Assembly: GCA_037481835.1 (NCBI GenBank)
Contig: JBBFKW010000003.1
Coordinates: 32,001 to 96,000 of the forward strand
Direction: 5' to 3'
DNA from: Desulfosoma sp.
GTDB taxonomy: Bacteria > Desulfobacterota > Syntrophobacteria > Syntrophobacterales > DSM-9756
DNA: 64,000 nucleotides
In this document: in pieces, positions 59,727 through 64,000 of the stretch
Layout: each line of letters starts with the position of its first letter
Position numbering within the stretch: position 1 is the first letter of the stretch
Notes under the pieces: generated by a model
Database searches by the model: none
The model's input: the letters and a program-made list of their open reading frames with translations, nothing else
Told to the model about the DNA's origin: nothing
Position numbers and translations under genes: made by a program

Positions 59727-60461
59727 CTAAAGGACCTGGCCTATGGAAACCTGGAGCTTTTCCCGATCCTCGATGCGGTCGATGCGGCCGTCCCGAATCC
59801 AGACGACGCGGTCCGACACGTTGATCATCTTGATGTCGTGTGTGGCCGAAATGATCGTAACACCCCGCTCTTGGGACAGTTCCTTGAGAAGCGAAATGAT
59901 TTCTTCCCCGGTGCTCAAATCCAGGTTTCCCGTGGGTTCGTCGGCCAGGATGATGGCCGGATCGTTGGCCAGGGCCCGGGCGACAGCCACCCGCTGCTGC
60001 TGGCCGCCGGAAAGTTCGGCCGGCTTGTGCTGAAAGCGCTCCGCCAGTCCCACGAGCCTGAGCAGTTCCATGCCCTTGTCCATGTACTCGTCGCGGCCCA
60101 TGCCGGCGAAGATCATGGGCAGCGTCACGTTTTCGATGGCGGTCATGACCTGAATGAGGTTGAAGGTCTGGAAGATGTAGCCGATCTTTCGGCACCGAAG
60201 CCATGCCAATTCATAGGCGTCCAGTTGGGCCACGTCCACTTCGTCAATGAAGACGCGGCCGGAGGTGGGCTTGTCCAGAGCGCCGATCATGTTAAACAAA
60301 GTGGATTTTCCCGATCCGGACGGGCCCATGATGGACATGTATTCGCCAGCCTTGATTTCCAAGGTCACCCCGCGGAGGGCATGGACCTCTTCCTGCCCCA
60401 TGCGGAAGACCTTGGTCACGTCCACCAGCCGAACCACATTGTGCGCGCCGTTTCCGCTCAT
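59727..60461 (-). CDS. ABC ATPase, LolD/MacB family
   Basis: GPSGSGKST, IGYIFQTFNL, LSGGQQQRVA.ARAL, ADEPTGNLD, THD. Confidence 0.94.
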   Translation of the reverse strand: MSGNGAHNVVRLVDVTKVFRMGQEEVHALRGVTLEIKAGEYMSIMGPSGSGKSTLFNMIGALDKPTSGRVFIDEVDVAQLDAYELAWLRCRKIGYIFQTFNLIQVMTAIENVTLPMIFAGMGRDEYMDKGMELLRLVGLAERFQHKPAELSGGQQQRVAVARALANDPAIILADEPTGNLDLSTGEEIISLLKELSQERGVTIISATHDIKMINVSDRVVWIRDGRIDRIEDREKLQVSIGQVL

Positions 60462-60466
60462 AGGGG

Positions 60467-61123
60467 CTAAGGCTCCGATCTCAAGGCGATGGCCGGTTGC
60501 ATCCGAGCCGCAACCCAGGCCGGGTACATGACGCCGATGAGGCTTAGGGCGACCGCCAGGGCCGACGATTTAACCAGCAGGGCGCCGAGGCCGATCGCCG
60601 GAAGGTGGGTGATAATGGGGGCGCCGAAGCGCGCCCACAGGGTCACGACGGCCGTACCCACTCCCAAGACGCTTCCTGCCGCACCGCCCAGGACGCCCTG
60701 ATAGGCGGCCTCCAACACGAAGAGCTTGATGACGAAACTGTCCAAGGCGCCCAAGCATTTCAAAGTGCCGATTTCCCGGAAACGCTCCGTTACGGCCATG
60801 AGCTGGGCGTTGACGATGCCGACGGCGCAGACCAGCAGGGAAAGCACCACGAGCCATCGGTCCTTGGCTGTGCTGCCGAAGTGGCCGTCCTGGGGAGTAA
60901 AGCCGGCCGAAAGGATCTTGTCCTGCAAAGCGGGCTCGGCCGCCGGCCACACCCCTTCCAGGACGGCATAAACGGCGAAGGTGTAGGAAAGAAAGGCGAC
61001 GGCGAGGACGAGCGTGCTCGTTGTGATCATGGAGCGAAAGAAGCGCGCCCGCAGGGCGTTGAAGGAAATGCGGATCACCTGGGACCATGGGAGGACGATC
61101 TGTCGGTCGATGCTCTTGGCCAT
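60467..61123 (-). CDS. Small FtsX-like ABC permease
   Basis: GIVNAQLMAVTERFREIGTLKCLGA, YPA..AARMQP..ALR. Confidence 0.85.
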   Translation of the reverse strand: MAKSIDRQIVLPWSQVIRISFNALRARFFRSMITTSTLVLAVAFLSYTFAVYAVLEGVWPAAEPALQDKILSAGFTPQDGHFGSTAKDRWLVVLSLLVCAVGIVNAQLMAVTERFREIGTLKCLGALDSFVIKLFVLEAAYQGVLGGAAGSVLGVGTAVVTLWARFGAPIITHLPAIGLGALLVKSSALAVALSLIGVMYPAWVAARMQPAIALRSEP

Positions 61124-61179
61124 TTATCCGTCACTCGCGGGGCTGCGGACCAAGGACGAAGAAACCCGTGGCCTTTTCT

Positions 61180-62304
61180 TTAAGCTCTCGAGGCGAAGTT
61201 TTCAATGGCCCGAACCGTCTCAAGGGCTCCTTCGGTGCGAAGCGGCTGAACCGAAGGCCGCGGGGAAGACAAGGTCTCTTGGATTTGGGCGGCGAGCCTT
61301 TCGGGCTCCAAGGACCGAATGACGCGGAGCACCCCCCGGGATTCCAGCCGGTCGGCCCGAAGGGCCTGTTCCCGGTTTTGGGGAAAGGGGTACACGAGGG
61401 CGGTGACGCCCGAAGCCAGGATGTCCATGCAGGTGTTGTAGCCTGCCATGCTGAGAGACAGCTCGGCCTGGGCCAATTCCTTCAAGAACTCATGGGAAAA
61501 GGGGCGCCACACAATGCGGGGATCGGCTGCGGCACTCTCCTTCAGCGCCTCTCGGTCTTGAGGTTCCATGAACGGGCCTTCGTGGACCTGCAGGCGCATG
61601 TGGGGGTCCCCAAGCCTGGAGAAGGCGTGGAAGACGGCCTCGATAAAATCGATGCCGACCCTGCCGCCTCCCGTGCTGAGAACGATCCGCCCCCGGACTT
61701 TTGGGGGTGAGGGATTCGGCAGGGACCGGGTCACGTAGCCCGTGTAATGCACCGGAGGGCGGATGTCGGCGATGCGCCGGAAGGTTTCGTCGAGTCGCAC
61801 GCAGGCCGGGTCGGCGTGGACCAGGATGAGGTCGAAATATCGGTTGACCAGCGAGAGCACCTTTTCTTCGTAGGCTTCCGGGTCGGCCTTTTCCACCAAG
61901 ATGTCCCGAAGACTGCAGACCACGAGGGCTCGATGAGTGGAAGCTGCGTTTTTCTCGAGCAGGGGGATGAGCTCGAACTGGAAGCGTTTTCGGCCGAACG
62001 GGAAAAGTTCGATGAGGAGCACATCCGGCCTCACGGACTTCCAGAGGTCGACAAGGATCCCCGTGCGCCGTGCCTGGACCTGCCGGATGTCGCCTGCGGC
62101 CGTCTCCAGGTTTCGGAACTCGGGATCCATCCGCAAGGGGGGCAGGGCGATGCGCCGCACGTGGGCCGGGGCACGAAACCCGGGCAGAGGGTCGCCGCCT
62201 TCCACGAAAAAGACCGAGTGCCGGGAAAAAGCCGCGGCGATTTCCATGCTTCGAAGGAAATGCCCGATACCGAGCACATACTGGCAGTAGTGAAGGATCT
62301 TCAT
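61180..62304 (-). CDS. GT-B glycosyltransferase (GT28 C-terminal-like)
   Basis: YCQ.VLGIGH, IELFPFGR..F.FEL, SLRDILV, VHADP, YTGYV, STGGG.VG, SMAGYNT, EQ.LRA. Confidence 0.82.
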   Translation of the reverse strand: MKILHYCQYVLGIGHFLRSMEIAAAFSRHSVFFVEGGDPLPGFRAPAHVRRIALPPLRMDPEFRNLETAAGDIRQVQARRTGILVDLWKSVRPDVLLIELFPFGRKRFQFELIPLLEKNAASTHRALVVCSLRDILVEKADPEAYEEKVLSLVNRYFDLILVHADPACVRLDETFRRIADIRPPVHYTGYVTRSLPNPSPPKVRGRIVLSTGGGRVGIDFIEAVFHAFSRLGDPHMRLQVHEGPFMEPQDREALKESAAADPRIVWRPFSHEFLKELAQAELSLSMAGYNTCMDILASGVTALVYPFPQNREQALRADRLESRGVLRVIRSLEPERLAAQIQETLSSPRPSVQPLRTEGALETVRAIENFASRA

Positions 62305-62942
62305 GGACCATCCGTTCCCGAACCCAGGGGGGACGGCACGCGAAGGGCTTCCCCAGAGAGCACCCGGCGGAGCGTTTCCGTGAATTGGAGAAAAAGGGCC
62401 GTGGGATGGCGCCGCCCAAGGCGATCCAGGCTGGAGAACATTTGGTGCCGAAGCTTCAGGGACAGTTCCACCTGCACGCCCATGCCCGCGCGACCCCGAT
62501 TGCATAGGTTTTCCGGCTGAGTGCCATGGAAGAGGGGATGCGCTGCGACGGTAAAACCCGCAATCGTAAGGGCTTCGGCGCACAGGTCCCGCAGGCGGGT
62601 GTCGAGTCCCCCGAGGAAGACGTCAGCTTGGTCATGAGTGCAGCCGTGGATCGTTATGACTTTCCAGGAAGCGGTCGCAAGGGTCAGGGCCGCGGGCTCG
62701 TCGAAACGAGTGCTGGTGATGTGCAAGACGGCGTTATGCTTTCTTTTCCGTCCATCCAAGTGATAAAAGGAATGGAACCCTCGCGCGATGGCTCGGGCCG
62801 CCTCCGAGGTCCCCGGTTCGATGCCGCCGCCGTGGGGAGCCATAACCGCCAGGCCGGAACGGCCGGCCTGCCATTCGACGACGAAGTCGCGGCCGGGGTT
62901 TTCCTGGAGAAGGAGGGCTGAAAAGGAGCGGTATCCGTTCAT
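62301..62942 (-). CDS. Poly-gamma-glutamate hydrolase (PghP/DUF867) family protein
   Basis: APHGGGIEPGTSE, LHITSTRFDEP, TIHG, G..PENLCNR, GVQVELS. Confidence 0.82.
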   Translation of the reverse strand: MNGYRSFSALLLQENPGRDFVVEWQAGRSGLAVMAPHGGGIEPGTSEAARAIARGFHSFYHLDGRKRKHNAVLHITSTRFDEPAALTLATASWKVITIHGCTHDQADVFLGGLDTRLRDLCAEALTIAGFTVAAHPLFHGTQPENLCNRGRAGMGVQVELSLKLRHQMFSSLDRLGRRHPTALFLQFTETLRRVLSGEALRVPSPLGSGTDGP

Positions 62943-63109
62943 GACGCCTCAAGCCTGTGGATGTGTGTCGCATGTTCGGGCATCGCCCATGCCGCCTCGT
63001 GCCCGTGGAAGCAAAGTGGGGTGTTCCGGCATCGCATCGTCTCCATTGTGCCGGGGAAAAGGGCCCGTGTAAAGCGTCCCGCCCACGGCTTCGCCTAGCG
63101 CTGGAAGAC

Positions 63110-63140
63110 GGAGGTTGGGGTGAGCGAAGCGAACCCCAAC
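63110..63140 (+). repeat. Single REP-like palindrome
   Basis: GGAGGTTGGGGTGAGCGAAGCGAACCCCAAC, reverse complement of the 5085 copy except for the head. Confidence 0.8.
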
Positions 63141-63223
63141 ACAAAAACCCGGGAGCTTGCCGGAGAGTTCCAAACGTCTTTACTGCCGCGCAAGCGGGAG
63201 TCCCTTTAAAACGGAGGCCTCAC

Positions 63224-64000
63224 ATGGAAAGCAAGGTCGCACGCGCTTTGGGCATGTCCCACGAACCCGTAGCCGTCCTGTGGGCGGACGAGAAGCCCGA
63301 AGGGGCCTCGGTCTTTCGCCCCGGCAAATGGGGCTGTGTCATGTGGATGCTTGCGGGAGCTTCCCGCGGAAAGCCCGCCGCCTTCGACCGCGAATCCTAC
63401 GGATGCTGGGGCGGCGGCGTGGGCCTGGGTTTCGGCAACCAGTACAAGGCTTTTCCGGGCGGGGAGACGTGCTTTCACTATTTCCTTTCCGTCGGCAATC
63501 GGCACTGGGATCAAGGGCGCGCCGTAACGGAACACATGGAAGCCTCCGGCTGCGGGGCCTTTGTCGAAGACTTTCGCGACGGGGAAGGCTACCTCAAGGA
63601 CCCGGGGCTTGTGGAGCGGTTCATCCAGGACTTGCCCATCCTGGATGTGCCGACCCGCTACGTCATCTTTCAGCCCCTAAAGGCTGTCGATCCGTCATCG
63701 GCACCGCCGCAGGTCGTCGTTTTTTGGGCCGATCCCCATCAGCTGGCGGCTCTGGTCGTCTTGACCAATTACGGGAGGCCTGGAAACGAAAACGTGATCG
63801 TCCCCTTTGCGGCGGGATGCCAAAGCATCGGCATTTATGCGTATCAGGAAGCCGCGCGCGAAAAACCGCGAGGCGTCATCGGCCAGATGGATCTTTCGGC
63901 GCGTCTCAACGTGGCCAAGACCATGGGCGATCATGCCTTTACATTTGCCGCGCCGTGGCGGCTCTTTTTGGAACTGGAAGAAAACGTCGCGGGAAGTTTC
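63224..64000 (+). CDS. DUF169 family protein (3' truncated; absent from the ORF track)
   Basis: GGAGG SD, then MESKVARALGMSHEPVAVLWADEKP..GKWGCVM..YGCWGGGVGLGFG..GEGYLKDP..DPHQLAALV..PFAAGCQ, open to window end. Confidence 0.8.
   Translation, partial: MESKVARALGMSHEPVAVLWADEKPEGASVFRPGKWGCVMWMLAGASRGKPAAFDRESYGCWGGGVGLGFGNQYKAFPGGETCFHYFLSVGNRHWDQGRAVTEHMEASGCGAFVEDFRDGEGYLKDPGLVERFIQDLPILDVPTRYVIFQPLKAVDPSSAPPQVVVFWADPHQLAALVVLTNYGRPGNENVIVPFAAGCQSIGIYAYQEAAREKPRGVIGQMDLSARLNVAKTMGDHAFTFAAPWRLFLELEENVAGSF

Overview
GC-rich chromosomal window, most likely from an anaerobic sulfate-reducing or syntrophic deltaproteobacterium (Desulfobacterota; inferred from gene content only). It starts with the end of a cobalamin operon (cbiF-cbiG-cbiH), an HDOD protein, a DHFR-like gene and msrAB. 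Next is a mercury-methylation pair, hgcAB. HgcA appears to start 35 codons upstream of the ORF-track call and to read through an in-frame TGA as Cys-Sec, with a SECIS-like hairpin. Upstream of it lie an MFS transporter and an ORP-type (orange-protein) cluster with an OrpR-like sigma54 activator. The middle holds housekeeping genes (leuB, lptD, folC, dus), an FNR/HcpR-box-led operon, an amino-acid ABC pair and a glutaredoxin + FTR-like pair. A sigma54 activator then precedes an unexplained operon of two family III CoA-transferases, four small unknown proteins (two Cys-rich) and an MBL-TPR protein. An ErcA-like/HK/RR-controlled adh-grx-aor alcohol module follows. Near the end is a 13 kb uncharacterised envelope operon: PghP-like hydrolase, glycosyltransferases, FtsX/ABC, a 1594-aa M28-like/FtsX fusion and two oligopeptide-transporter-like proteins. 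GTAG-type REP palindromes occur in three intergenic regions. No rRNA, tRNA, CRISPR array or transposase was seen. All family calls are by motif recognition, not database search.
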